A stretch of DNA of 38,803 bases from a virus (IMGVR_UViG_3300010244_000062:1-38803), one strand, 5' to 3'. Positions 18,278 through 27,602 are shown, counted from the stretch's first letter. Notes: a model not told the origin generated them from the letters alone. Program-made: numbers and translations.

Positions 18278-19670
18278 TATTTACACCAGCATTTTGATTG
18301 TTTCCTGAATCAGTGATTTCCTGGTTTTCATAATCATTCACCGATTGTTCTGTTTCTTCCTGGATTCTTTCTTGTTCTGCAGCAACATCATCAACCATTG
18401 GTAGGATGCCCAATTGTGTTTCATGACTGATAATGCCTTGTAAATTCCTGGCCATTGATACCATTTCACTTGTATTGGCTGGCAGATTATGCGTAAACAC
18501 CAGTTCCAAATCTTCCACATCGCTTTTTCTGCTTTGAATTTGCCAAATATTTGATAGAAGCCTATATCTTTCCATTACACCAGCTTTGAAAAGTCTTTCT
18601 TTTGTTGCAATGAGTTGATCCAGCATGAACAATTTATATTTCATGGCTTCACCAGATATATTTCCAGCGAACTCTGAATCATTCAAATCAGGTGTAAATG
18701 ACAGTTTATGAATATCATCAACAAGCCTGTTTTTATAGGATTCAACACCCTGAACATCATATTCTTTCACCAAATAATAAGCTGAAGGTTTATCTCCGCC
18801 TTCAACCCCTTCATCCAGGATAATAACCCTTGAATCTTTCATACCGTCCACATCATCTTGGTCTGTGTTTGGCTGTCCTTGCAGCACCAGATAAGCATTG
18901 CTGAAATCTTCCTGTTCATTGGCTGTATCCGATTGGCTCATATCATAAGCATCTATTTGGTCAATGACGCTTTCAAAATCTCCAGTACGCTGGTAATTAT
19001 TTTTATATTCGATTAGTTGAACATCGCCAAAATATTGTTCATTTTCATCTTGTTCTTCCAACGTATTATTTTTATTTTCGTACTGAATAACTTTATCTTT
19101 GGTGTATACCTCAATAAATTCCTTATCTGTATATTCACCAGTTTCAACTGAAAAGAACCGAATGCCAGCCAATGGGCTTTCTTTAACTGTTGTATCTCGA
19201 ATCATAAATGTTTCCCTGGGGTCTAAAACCGCCAGTCTTGGCATTGATTGACTATCCATATACAACAATTCAAACGCCCTGCCATATATGCTCAAATTCA
19301 ATTCCATCAGTGCATTGTGGCTTTGTTCATCATTCATATCATTGAAATCTGTTATTTGCTGAAGCAAATCTTCATCTTCATGTTTATAAGTAATTGGTTT
19401 CCCCAACATATACCCTTGCACCAATGTGGTGATGTATCTTGAAAAATTATGAGAAAGTTTATTATTGGATTGCTTTTCATCAGGTTTTACCCTGTGTTTG
19501 ATTTCTGTTTCATTAAGAAAATACTTCATCAGCGTATCCAGTCTTTCTTGCTGTTCTCTTTTAAATTTATTTACAAAATGAAGTAAAGTTTTTTCATCAA
19601 GTTCATCAATGCTTGGCAATTTATAAGTTTTATTATGTTCTTCCTGGAATCTGCTTCCAACTTGCGCCAT
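18270..19670 (-). CDS. Portal protein, SPP1 gp6-like
   Basis: HNFSRYIT..GYMLGKP, IDAYD and SGEAMKYKL motifs. Confidence 0.92.
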   Translation of the reverse strand: MAQVGSRFQEEHNKTYKLPSIDELDEKTLLHFVNKFKREQQERLDTLMKYFLNETEIKHRVKPDEKQSNNKLSHNFSRYITTLVQGYMLGKPITYKHEDEDLLQQITDFNDMNDEQSHNALMELNLSIYGRAFELLYMDSQSMPRLAVLDPRETFMIRDTTVKESPLAGIRFFSVETGEYTDKEFIEVYTKDKVIQYENKNNTLEEQDENEQYFGDVQLIEYKNNYQRTGDFESVIDQIDAYDMSQSDTANEQEDFSNAYLVLQGQPNTDQDDVDGMKDSRVIILDEGVEGGDKPSAYYLVKEYDVQGVESYKNRLVDDIHKLSFTPDLNDSEFAGNISGEAMKYKLFMLDQLIATKERLFKAGVMERYRLLSNIWQIQSRKSDVEDLELVFTHNLPANTSEMVSMARNLQGIISHETQLGILPMVDDVAAEQERIQEETEQSVNDYENQEITDSGNNQNAGVNNG

Positions 19671-19682
19671 ATCCTCACCCCT

Positions 19683-20957
19683 TTATATTCCAAGTTTTCT
19701 TCTAATATTTTTATCTGATTTTGCTTTTGCTGGTCTTTTCATATCATCTTCCAGTGCATACCTAACCGCATCAATGGTGTGATTGTCTTTGTCTGGAAAT
19801 TTGGATTTCACATTTCCATGCGCATCCACTTCCAGCGCATAATTTACAAATTCTTTTGCTGCCAAAGGATTTCTTTCTGGGTCAATGATGATTTCTTCCA
19901 TATCCTGAAGAAATTTAATTCCGTATTCTATGGAACCTGCACCCTTTCTTGCGCCTTTGATTCTGAAACCGTGGTCTTCCTTCAATTCACCCACGCTTTT
20001 TGGTTCTGCACTATCCGCTGTTGTCCATGTGCTTTTGTAAGGATTGGCTTTTTTAGCAAATTCACGATTGAAAAGATTGATACCACTGATTTCATTCATG
20101 AAATAAATCCTTGCCTTTTTCTTGTTATAGTGAAGCCTTTCAAATGCCAATGGATCCACTGCATAACCAAAGTCAAGACCTTGCCTGATATTGTCCATGA
20201 TTGCCATTTCATCATCTGTGATGGGTCTTAATGTCACATTGGTGAATACTTCAAGTCCTGTTCCGACTTCATGCCCTAAATACTCATGATTGTAGGCATT
20301 TTCATCAACATTCTTCAGGTGCTCCGCTTCAGCAATGAATATTTCCCCCAGCCATTTCCTTGGCACTTCCAAATAGGTGGAATGGTGTACTTTCCTTCCA
20401 GGCTTTTCCACTTTGGTTTCATGATTGACCCATGACCTTGCACTTTTTGGTGGATTGAAAGAATAAAAAGAAATTCTGTGTCTATCCTCGCCCCTGAAAA
20501 GGGATTGAAGGATATTCCGTATTTCTCCCATGCCACCGAATTGGTCGATTTCTTCAAACCAGGCGTATTTCACATAACCTTGACCCAAATTGATGGATTT
20601 TATTTTCTGGGGATTATCAGCAGACTTGAACACGATTTTTTGACCTGTTGGGATGTAAATAATTTGCATAGGAGAAACTTGAAACTTGAATAAATGATTA
20701 ATGCCTAATTTCCCAGCTGACCATTCAAACTGGCCATAAACAGTTTCTCTTAACTCATTTTGATACCTACGAAACACAACCGCATTGGCATCTGGATCGT
20801 TAATCATTCCCAGCAGTATTTCCACAGTGACAAATGTTGACTTCGTGGAACCTCTCCCACCTTTAAGCCAATATTCTGTGTGGCATTCTGCTTTTATGTC
20901 ATGGTGTAAATCATAAAATCCTGGTGCAATAACTTCATCCAATGGTACGCCAGTCAT
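19683..20957 (-). CDS. terL: Terminase large subunit, PBSX/SPP1 family
   Basis: GGRGSTKS Walker A, WFEE Walker B, GLDFGY and DNHTIDAVRYA. Confidence 0.95.
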   Translation of the reverse strand: MTGVPLDEVIAPGFYDLHHDIKAECHTEYWLKGGRGSTKSTFVTVEILLGMINDPDANAVVFRRYQNELRETVYGQFEWSAGKLGINHLFKFQVSPMQIIYIPTGQKIVFKSADNPQKIKSINLGQGYVKYAWFEEIDQFGGMGEIRNILQSLFRGEDRHRISFYSFNPPKSARSWVNHETKVEKPGRKVHHSTYLEVPRKWLGEIFIAEAEHLKNVDENAYNHEYLGHEVGTGLEVFTNVTLRPITDDEMAIMDNIRQGLDFGYAVDPLAFERLHYNKKKARIYFMNEISGINLFNREFAKKANPYKSTWTTADSAEPKSVGELKEDHGFRIKGARKGAGSIEYGIKFLQDMEEIIIDPERNPLAAKEFVNYALEVDAHGNVKSKFPDKDNHTIDAVRYALEDDMKRPAKAKSDKNIRRKLGI

Positions 20958-21397
20958 TTATTATCGTTTCCGTTATTGTTTTTGGGAATGTTATCAATAA
21001 TATTAACCCCAACATTCCCGCTGTGGTCTAAATCCTGTTTATCGCTCCATTTGTCAGACCTGCGGTTTTTAAGCCAAAAGATTTGCGCTGTGGTGTTTGG
21101 TTTTGCGTATTTCTTAACTTCCACCACATCACCTTCTTGGGTCACGTTTTCTTCATAGTAGAAAAAGCCTGTTGCTGTCATGTGCATAGCGTTTTCCACT
21201 TCAATATCAGCAACTTCCTTGCCTTTTTTCAAAGCATTGTCTATATCACTGTATTTTTTTATCCACTCTTGCAATGTTTTTCTTGAAATTCCAATGTTAT
21301 GGGCAATCTGTTCATTTGTCAGTCCATCTCTCGCCCATCCTTCCAACTTTGTTATACCTTCTTTTGTACGCCATTCTTTGTATTGTTGTCTTGCCAT
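20954..21397 (-). CDS. terS: Terminase small subunit (HTH)
   Basis: WARDGLTNEQIAHNIGI...AQIFWLKNR; overlaps terL. Confidence 0.8.
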   Translation of the reverse strand: MARQQYKEWRTKEGITKLEGWARDGLTNEQIAHNIGISRKTLQEWIKKYSDIDNALKKGKEVADIEVENAMHMTATGFFYYEENVTQEGDVVEVKKYAKPNTTAQIFWLKNRRSDKWSDKQDLDHSGNVGVNIIDNIPKNNNGNDNK

Positions 21398-21455
21398 TAC
21401 ATTTTCACCGCCTTCCAGATTATTTTATATTTTCAATGTTTTTTATACATAACTA

Positions 21456-21484
21456 TTACACGTGTTATTCATACGTGTTATAAT
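21456..21484 (+). promoter_or_regulatory. hicAB promoter/operator
   Basis: Extended -10 TGtTATAAT (21476-21484) with two ACGTGTTA repeats. Confidence 0.6.
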
Positions 21485-21514
21485 ATAAGTATAGAAATTA
21501 AGGGGGGTGTTCAA

Positions 21515-21697
21515 ATATCATCTAAAGAGATAATAAAATTACTTAAGAAAAACGGTTGGTACTTAAAAGATGTTGTTGGAAGTCATCACCACTTCAAACA
21601 TCCTGATAAAAAAGAGAAAGTAACCGTTCCACACCCAAGAAAAGACTTAAGAACTGGTACAGAACAAACAATACTAAAGCAGGCAGGATTAAAATAA
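21515..21697 (+). CDS. hicA: HicA toxin; apparent start codon ATA
   Basis: SSKEIIKLLKKNGW...GSHHHFKHP...VTVPHP..DL..GT...ILKQAGL; RBS AAGGGGGG 7 nt before ATA. Confidence 0.85.
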   Translation: MSSKEIIKLLKKNGWYLKDVVGSHHHFKHPDKKEKVTVPHPRKDLRTGTEQTILKQAGLK

Positions 21698-21724
21698 TCC
21701 TTCCTGCTATGGAGGTTTATATAT

Positions 21725-22144
21725 ATGAGTAAATATTATTTTCCAGCAGTTTTTGATTCAGGATTAGATTCAGACCAAGGTTTTACTGTGACATTCCCAG
21801 ATTTACCAGGATGTGTCACTGAAGGAAGTAATCTAAATGAAGCCATGTACATGGCCAAAGATGTGTTACAAGGATTTTTATATATTATGGAAGAGGATAA
21901 TGAAGAAATGCCTTATCCATCTAACCCAAACCATATAAAATTACCTGACAATGGCTTTATATCAATCATAGAAGTATGGACTGATTACGTTCGTGAAGCC
22001 ACGGAAAATAAATCAATCAAAAAAACTTTAACTCTCCCGAAATGGCTAAATGATGCAGCTGAAGACGAGGGAATTAATTTTTCCCATTCACTGCAATTTG
22101 CCATCAAAGAACAATTGGGAATCAAAAGAAAAGACCACCTTTGA
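21725..22144 (+). CDS. hicB: HicB antitoxin
   Basis: VTFPDLPGCVTEG and C-terminal KKTLTLPKWLN. Confidence 0.92.
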   Translation: MSKYYFPAVFDSGLDSDQGFTVTFPDLPGCVTEGSNLNEAMYMAKDVLQGFLYIMEEDNEEMPYPSNPNHIKLPDNGFISIIEVWTDYVREATENKSIKKTLTLPKWLNDAAEDEGINFSHSLQFAIKEQLGIKRKDHL

Positions 22145-22159
22145 AAAGGTGGCTTTTTT
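22128..22159. terminator. Bidirectional terminator between hicB and the convergent gene
   Basis: CCACCTTT/AAAGGTGG stem flanked by A and T runs. Confidence 0.75.
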
Positions 22160-22163
22160 ATGT

Positions 22164-22778
22164 TTACTTAGCATTCAATGCGCCTGATAATGGCAGCGCT
22201 GAATAGACAGTGTAATCATCACCGCCACCATTTCCAGAAATATCTACACGACCAAAGTTATATGGTACAGAACTATCAAAATCATGGTAGATGCTTCCTG
22301 CTGCATTGGCTCTTAGCTGCACTTGTGAGAATGAAGACTGGCTGTGGGAACTTGTGCCATTATCTTGAACACCAATGATGGTTTTTACAGTGTCAAATTT
22401 GTGCAGCCCCTTCACGCTGTACATTTCATCAGCGATTGGCTGGTCATAATACAATTCACCGTTCACGTACATTTCCAATTGGCGTTCAATATAATTATGA
22501 ACCAGTTTCACATTCACACGATCTCCATCTTGAATGCGGTTATCGTATTCTGAATTCCAATGTTGGTCACCGTATTGCGAACCAGTGCCACAAAATACTT
22601 TGTAGCCATCTTTTGTTCGTGAAATACCAGCTTCAATGTGTGCATCACCGATTCCCATGTACCAGTCCACATATCCGCTTGTTACATCTACGGTTTCAGG
22701 CAGAACAATATCTGCTGTAATACCTGTATAATCTGGATTTTGTGTAATTGTTCTTAATGCTCCGTGTCTTTCTGCCAT
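22164..22778 (-). CDS. Hypothetical beta-sandwich protein (204 aa; start refined)
   Basis: RBS AGGAG before ATG at 22778; beta-rich; contains HIEAG. Confidence 0.7.
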   Translation of the reverse strand: MAERHGALRTITQNPDYTGITADIVLPETVDVTSGYVDWYMGIGDAHIEAGISRTKDGYKVFCGTGSQYGDQHWNSEYDNRIQDGDRVNVKLVHNYIERQLEMYVNGELYYDQPIADEMYSVKGLHKFDTVKTIIGVQDNGTSSHSQSSFSQVQLRANAAGSIYHDFDSSVPYNFGRVDISGNGGGDDYTVYSALPLSGALNAK

Positions 22779-22811
22779 TTCTAAAACTCCTATCCTGATT
22801 TTTTTATGTAA

Positions 22812-22972
22812 AATAAAACGAATCCCTGCCAGAAAAAGCAAGAATCCGCTTTATAACATATATGAGTTCCTGCGCATTTTTTCCAGGCTTGCCGACATGA
22901 TTAAAGAAAGGGGTAAAATCATAGCTCTGGCTTTTTTGAAAAGAAAAAATTACCGAATTAGTTATTTTTCTT
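22812..22972 (-). ncRNA. Putative structured late leader/small RNA with an anti-SD loop
   Basis: -10-like TATATT at 22983-22978 with no -35; hairpin ATGATT/AATCAT around TTACCCCTTTCTTT; 12-bp terminator-like stem 22849-22818 plus U run. Confidence 0.45.
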
Positions 22973-23023
22973 ACACTAATATAATAACCCGATTTTAATA
23001 GTTTGTTACGCTTGAAATCTGCT

Positions 23024-23365
23024 TTAAAACTGCACTGACACCCATTGCATTTGCTCCACGTTCATATCCAGGCTTTCAATAAGTCCGTTTCCGCCCAGTA
23101 ATGAATCGACTTGTGCTGTTGCTTTCATATAAATGCCATCATGCGTCGCAAATTGAATTTCTAAATCCCTGTTTCCAAATATTGCAGCCATAAACAATGC
23201 GCCATGATCTATTTGTTCTGCTATGATGGTATGTTCCAGGTATTTTACAACAACATCCGAAAATTCATCTGTTCGCTTTTCTTCCACTTCTGTTTCATAA
23301 ATATAAGCATTATCAAACGTCACCATTTTGCCCTCAATAGATAAATAAACAATCTCTTTCTTCAT
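23024..23365 (-). CDS. Hypothetical protein
   Basis: 113 aa; ATGA overlap with arpU. Confidence 0.7.
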   Translation of the reverse strand: MKKEIVYLSIEGKMVTFDNAYIYETEVEEKRTDEFSDVVVKYLEHTIIAEQIDHGALFMAAIFGNRDLEIQFATHDGIYMKATAQVDSLLGGNGLIESLDMNVEQMQWVSVQF

Positions 23366-23820
23366 ATTTCCAGGATTCCTTTCAATGAGATTAATAATTT
23401 ATTAAATGCTCTGTTTCGTATCTGGAAAACATGTCTTTCGCTATATCCCAATTCCAAAGATGTTTTCGTGATGGTCATCCCTTCAATGTACCGCTTTATG
23501 ATAAAACCTTTTTCCGTTTCTCCCAGACCTTCCAGAGATTCATCAATGGCATCAATAATTAATTCATACCGCTTTATATCTTCATGCAAATCCAATGCCT
23601 TCCTGGATTCGATTCTGTCTATGGCTGCATCTTCCGTTTCACTCTTGATATTAAAAACGCTATTTGAACCTCCCACAACCTCATAATTTGCAGTCATGGA
23701 AGGCAAAATATATTCCAATTGATTTGTTAGGTTTTTGATTCCGACTTTGTAGGTGTAATAATTTCTTAAATGCTGTTCAATCTGCTGTATTTTCTGTTTT
23801 TTGATGCTTTTATTACTCAT
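23362..23820 (-). CDS. ArpU/RinA-family late transcription activator
   Basis: C-terminal sigma4-like HTH (ELGYSERHVFQIRNRA); lies before the packaging genes. Confidence 0.8.
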   Translation of the reverse strand: MSNKSIKKQKIQQIEQHLRNYYTYKVGIKNLTNQLEYILPSMTANYEVVGGSNSVFNIKSETEDAAIDRIESRKALDLHEDIKRYELIIDAIDESLEGLGETEKGFIIKRYIEGMTITKTSLELGYSERHVFQIRNRAFNKLLISLKGILEI

Positions 23821-23827
23821 AACACAC

Positions 23828-24001
23828 CTAACCTTTCAATTTTTGGGGATCATACGCTTTTTCATCTATATCTAACGTTTGGATTTGCTCAATAGAAACG
23901 CCCAAACGGCTCAATCTTTCCATCAATTGTTTCCTGCTGCTTGTCAGTGTTGTATATCCTTTGATGGTGCCTAAATCATTATAGGTGATTCTTACATTCA
24001 T
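23828..24001 (-). CDS. Hypothetical 57-aa protein (not in the ORF track)
   Basis: MNVRITYNDLGTIKGY...; ATGA overlap with the upstream stop. Confidence 0.6.
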   Translation of the reverse strand: MNVRITYNDLGTIKGYTTLTSSRKQLMERLSRLGVSIEQIQTLDIDEKAYDPQKLKG

Positions 24002-24573
24002 TCTTTTTCATCTGCCAGTTTTTGCTGAATCTCCTTCACGATTTCATCAAAATCTTTATCTTCGCCAGCCATATCCAATAGGCAACCATGCAGATATTGA
24101 TTCAATGAAAAACTTCTGCGCAATCCTTCTTCCTGGATGCCTTCCACATTCCGAATATCTGTGTTTTGCCAATATACCTGCTTGTGGGGGATGTTTTCCT
24201 TTAACGCTTCAGCCAGCAATGAAACACCCGCTTTAAAATCATCATTTACAAATCCAAATCCTTCTATTTGTTTTTTTGTTTGTTCCAACACATCCAACAT
24301 GAAATTGATGCCCCATATCTGGCCAACCTCTACACTTGTTCCCACGTTGTCATCATCCGCGTCCACAATGATATTTTTTGCTTTCACAATGGCATAAGTA
24401 TCCTTTTCAAATATATCTTCAGCCTTTGGATCCTTGCTTTTATCATTGATTTCCTTGTCGTCACTTGGACTGTGAACTGGTATTCCTGCAGCTTGCAACT
24501 TCTCTTTTTCCTTTTCCCTTAATAGCTGACTTCCTTTTTTCAACATATCGCCTGCAATATATACATCTTTCAT
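23998..24573 (-). CDS. Nucleoside 2-deoxyribosyltransferase-like protein
   Basis: VYIAG, HSP, IFEKD, GTSVEVG and NQYLHG motifs. Confidence 0.75.
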   Translation of the reverse strand: MKDVYIAGDMLKKGSQLLREKEKEKLQAAGIPVHSPSDDKEINDKSKDPKAEDIFEKDTYAIVKAKNIIVDADDDNVGTSVEVGQIWGINFMLDVLEQTKKQIEGFGFVNDDFKAGVSLLAEALKENIPHKQVYWQNTDIRNVEGIQEEGLRRSFSLNQYLHGCLLDMAGEDKDFDEIVKEIQQKLADEKE

Positions 24574-24621
24574 TGGTAAAACTCCTTATTATTATTGTTT
24601 TTGATAACAGAAACATTATTA

Positions 24622-24783
24622 TTAATAAACTTGAATCAGCATTGCAATGATTCCCAACATACTTACAAACAATCCTGATCCAGCAATCACAATAGAACTG
24701 CGTCTGTTTTCCTTTTCAATTTGCTTTCTTAATTCATCTGAAATGATTGATTTGAGTTTTCTTAGTCTTTTAAAAGTAAACAT
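24622..24783 (-). CDS. Small membrane protein (53 aa)
   Basis: RBS AGGTGG; C-terminal TM segment. Confidence 0.55.
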   Translation of the reverse strand: MFTFKRLRKLKSIISDELRKQIEKENRRSSIVIAGSGLFVSMLGIIAMLIQVY

Positions 24784-24792
24784 ATAAACCAC

Positions 24793-25293
24793 CTATGAAA
24801 TGCATTTTAAATAATCAACCGGAACGCCATTTGTTGGATAGATTCTGTCACATTCCAGATTAAAAAAAGTGTATGGGATACTTTTTCTGCCACCTTCTCC
24901 TGCTGATACCCACCAAACATTAAAATCGTCTATGGGAACAAAAAACGTTTCTTGCATCTTTTCAAAGTGAACAATAAAAAACGATTTTCCGCCTTGATCT
25001 TGATGTTGGATCAAATAATTAACTTGATGCTGATCCACATTCGCCAGTGGAAATCTTGTTCTTTCTTTGGTGTTTTTTGCATCAAAAGCAACGGATTTTC
25101 CATGCGACACCCCGACAAAATCAACCGTTCCTTTCTTTTCAGGAAATGCCTGGGAAATCTTTTTCTTTTTGTTGTACCTTACATTCCATGGGGTAGGCAC
25201 TTTATCTACCAATGCCCACCCTTTTTGCAAATAAATTTTGTTGGTGTATTCAATCATCTTTTCCAGTGTCTGGCCACGTTTCCCATGTCCGAT
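24793..25293 (-). CDS. recU: Holliday junction resolvase RecU (start possibly ATC at 25293; first ATG at 25257)
   Basis: KVPTP, TVDFVG, FDAKNT and HQ motifs; KRG..LE..IEYTN lies upstream of the first ATG. Confidence 0.88.
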   Translation of the reverse strand: MGHGKRGQTLEKMIEYTNKIYLQKGWALVDKVPTPWNVRYNKKKKISQAFPEKKGTVDFVGVSHGKSVAFDAKNTKERTRFPLANVDQHQVNYLIQHQDQGGKSFFIVHFEKMQETFFVPIDDFNVWWVSAGEGGRKSIPYTFFNLECDRIYPTNGVPVDYLKCIS

Positions 25294-25297
25294 AAAA

Positions 25298-25396
25298 TCA
25301 CCCCATTAACATATATAAAAACAGTGCTGGTGTGGAAGTCAATAATATAAATATTAACAGTAACAATAACAAAATAATTATTGTTATATCTTTCAT
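25298..25396 (-). CDS. 32-aa hydrophobic peptide
   Basis: MKDITIIILLLLLLIFILLTSTPALFLYMLMG; RBS GAGGT; ATGA overlap. Confidence 0.5.
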   Translation of the reverse strand: MKDITIIILLLLLLIFILLTSTPALFLYMLMG

Positions 25397-25788
25397 TCGT
25401 CTAATACCTCATAAAGTTTGTCCTGAAGCGTATTAATATCAGCATTTGGCTCATCTAAAAGGATCCTTAATTCATTCTCCAATCGCTGCATCCCTTCCGC
25501 CCATTCGACTGGCACAACCTTCCTGGAAAAATACCCATTTTGGTGGTATTCCTTTTTCCTTCTTCTTCTTTCCTTTTCTGCTGCATGAATTTCCGCTTCA
25601 TAAAGAAACTTTGTCCGATTATTCCACCTGAAGCCACAACCTTCTGACGTGCGCCCTAATTTCTCACCAGCTTCCATAAATGCATTCAATCTTGTGCTGC
25701 CTTCCCTGACATGCTCAACAACTATATCTTTCAATATTTCATCTTCTTCATGTGTCCAAATATCTGAACGAACCTTTTCCATTTTCAT
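25393..25788 (-). CDS. RsfA/YlbO-family transcription regulator
   Basis: RSDIWTHEEDEILKDIVVEHVREGSTRLNAF..AG..LGRT..GCGFRWN. Confidence 0.82.
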   Translation of the reverse strand: MKMEKVRSDIWTHEEDEILKDIVVEHVREGSTRLNAFMEAGEKLGRTSEGCGFRWNNRTKFLYEAEIHAAEKERRRRKKEYHQNGYFSRKVVPVEWAEGMQRLENELRILLDEPNADINTLQDKLYEVLDE

Positions 25789-25798
25789 TCATCCTTTC

Positions 25799-26092
25799 TT
25801 ACCTCAATGTACCGTCTATAACCAGGCATTCATCTTTCGCACTTTCAAATTCCCATAAAACATTCAGTGTCGATTCCATTTGGTTTTCTTTTGTCAAAGC
25901 AAAATGGAAAAATGCTTCATATTTATCTATGATTTCTGGCAACCCTTGTTTTGCTATTTCTTGCACGTTTTCGCCAGCAACTTGTTCTGTGTACAAATCA
26001 ATAGATTTGGTTAATACATCGCCATTTTCTTCTGGTTCAACTGCTAAAAGCGCATAATATTCATGGACATTAAATTCAAGATATTTAATCAT
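25799..26092 (-). CDS. Hypothetical phage protein
   Basis: 97 aa with RBS. Confidence 0.7.
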   Translation of the reverse strand: MIKYLEFNVHEYYALLAVEPEENGDVLTKSIDLYTEQVAGENVQEIAKQGLPEIIDKYEAFFHFALTKENQMESTLNVLWEFESAKDECLVIDGTLR

Positions 26093-26207
26093 CTTTTATC
26101 CCCTTTCCTAAATCATCAAAATAAGATATCGTGTGATGTTTTTATTTACTTTGAATAGTTATATTCACGTTTTATTTTAAAACAAACACACGCCTATCCT
26201 TTTTGTC

Positions 26208-26660
26208 TCATTTCGCTATTTTTGTCCTGTGTTTTACGTGTACTGGTTCTGTGGCGGCATCTTCTTTTGTCCAACCTCGATAGTACCTATGCATGTAGGT
26301 GGATGTTGGGATTCCATTTTCTTTGGCTAACTTGATATATTCACCATGGATAGAATGCTTAGACGTTCCATGGTATTTTCCAACTGGGATAGAAATGGCT
26401 TCTTTCTCCGTCCATTTGCCGTTATTTAACCTATAACCCAATGTATTGATGCATATCTCCACGCCATACTTTTCTTTGGCTTCCTGCTGCAGCTGTTTCA
26501 AATCATGGTTTTTTTCCTGCATTGGCTGGTGAATAGTTCTGCGCTTGCTCCAATTCATGCCATAGAAACGTGTCCTGGCTAGTTTTTCAGAAATACCGTT
26601 TTTCTTTGCTGCTTCAAAATCTTCAGGTGTCAGATACATATCCAAATATGCTTCATCCAT
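26208..26660 (-). CDS. Phage protein with repeated NGI..R..GW..E.A HTH-like units
   Basis: Three repeats; RBS AAGGAGG before ATG at 26660. Confidence 0.7.
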   Translation of the reverse strand: MDEAYLDMYLTPEDFEAAKKNGISEKLARTRFYGMNWSKRRTIHQPMQEKNHDLKQLQQEAKEKYGVEICINTLGYRLNNGKWTEKEAISIPVGKYHGTSKHSIHGEYIKLAKENGIPTSTYMHRYYRGWTKEDAATEPVHVKHRTKIAK

Positions 26661-26673
26661 GCTGTAATCCTCC

Positions 26674-27135
26674 TTAAAATGGAAGTGAATCATCATCTAT
26701 ATCAAATGGCTGGCCTTGCCCTTGATATGGATTTCCACCGCTTTTATCCTCAAAGTATTGGCTGAAGTTATTGTTTTGATTTTGGCTTTGCTGATTACCT
26801 GAAGCACCATTGCTATTTTTTGTTTCCAGAAAAGCAATCTGATCCGCCACAACTTCAGTGGTGAAAATTCGCTGACCTTCATTGTTTTCATAACTTCCGC
26901 TTTGAATCCTACCATCCACGCCAATTTGACTGCCTTTGCTCATATAATTGGCAAGGTTTTCTGCTGTCTTATTCCAAGCTGTCATATTGATGAAATCCGC
27001 TTCATTTTCACCATTTTGATTTCTGAATGGTCGATTGACTGCCAATGTGAAGTTAGCAACTGCCCTTCCTGATTGCGTATATCGCAAATCAACATCTTTG
27101 GTAAGACGACCAACTAAAACTGCTCTATTAAGCAT
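26674..27135 (-). CDS. ssb: Single-stranded DNA-binding protein
   Basis: [14 protein letters not shown]...DDDSLPF. Confidence 0.95.
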   Translation of the reverse strand: MLNRAVLVGRLTKDVDLRYTQSGRAVANFTLAVNRPFRNQNGENEADFINMTAWNKTAENLANYMSKGSQIGVDGRIQSGSYENNEGQRIFTTEVVADQIAFLETKNSNGASGNQQSQNQNNNFSQYFEDKSGGNPYQGQGQPFDIDDDSLPF

Positions 27136-27367
27136 CGTCATCACCGCCATGTGGCTTTTTAGGTGTCACCATTGTTAGTATTTTTGCAGCTTGTTCTTGT
27201 GATTCTCTTTTGAAATATCTTTGTTCCGCCAATTCGTGAAATAGGAACTTGACATAACCCACATTTGATAAATTTCCATTGTCCTCCATGACAAAAAGTT
27301 CATCCAATTCATCATCAATAATCATTGAAAATGCTGTTTCAACGCTTATTTCTCTAAAATTAAGCAT
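27128..27367 (-). CDS. Hypothetical protein
   Basis: RBS GGAGG before ATG at 27367. Confidence 0.6.
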   Translation of the reverse strand: MLNFREISVETAFSMIIDDELDELFVMEDNGNLSNVGYVKFLFHELAEQRYFKRESQEQAAKILTMVTPKKPHGGDDDA

Positions 27368-27602
27368 GATATTTATCCTCCCATTTTGAAATTTCAATGC
27401 CTGATACATCTTTCAACCGAATAAAAGCAACGCCTGTTTCCACCGCTGGTATTTTCAAACTGGCATCATCAAAATTGCCTTTAAAAGATTGATCTATTAC
27501 ATTTGCTATATTTCCCAACTCGTTTTCAGTTCCTTTTGTGATGAATCTTGTTGTATTGCCGCTTTTAAATAAAATGTCTATCACAATTTTTTCTTTTTCC
27601 AT
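27360..27602 (-). CDS. Hypothetical protein
   Basis: 80 aa; RBS AGGGGGG. Confidence 0.65.
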   Translation of the reverse strand: MEKEKIVIDILFKSGNTTRFITKGTENELGNIANVIDQSFKGNFDDASLKIPAVETGVAFIRLKDVSGIEISKWEDKYHA

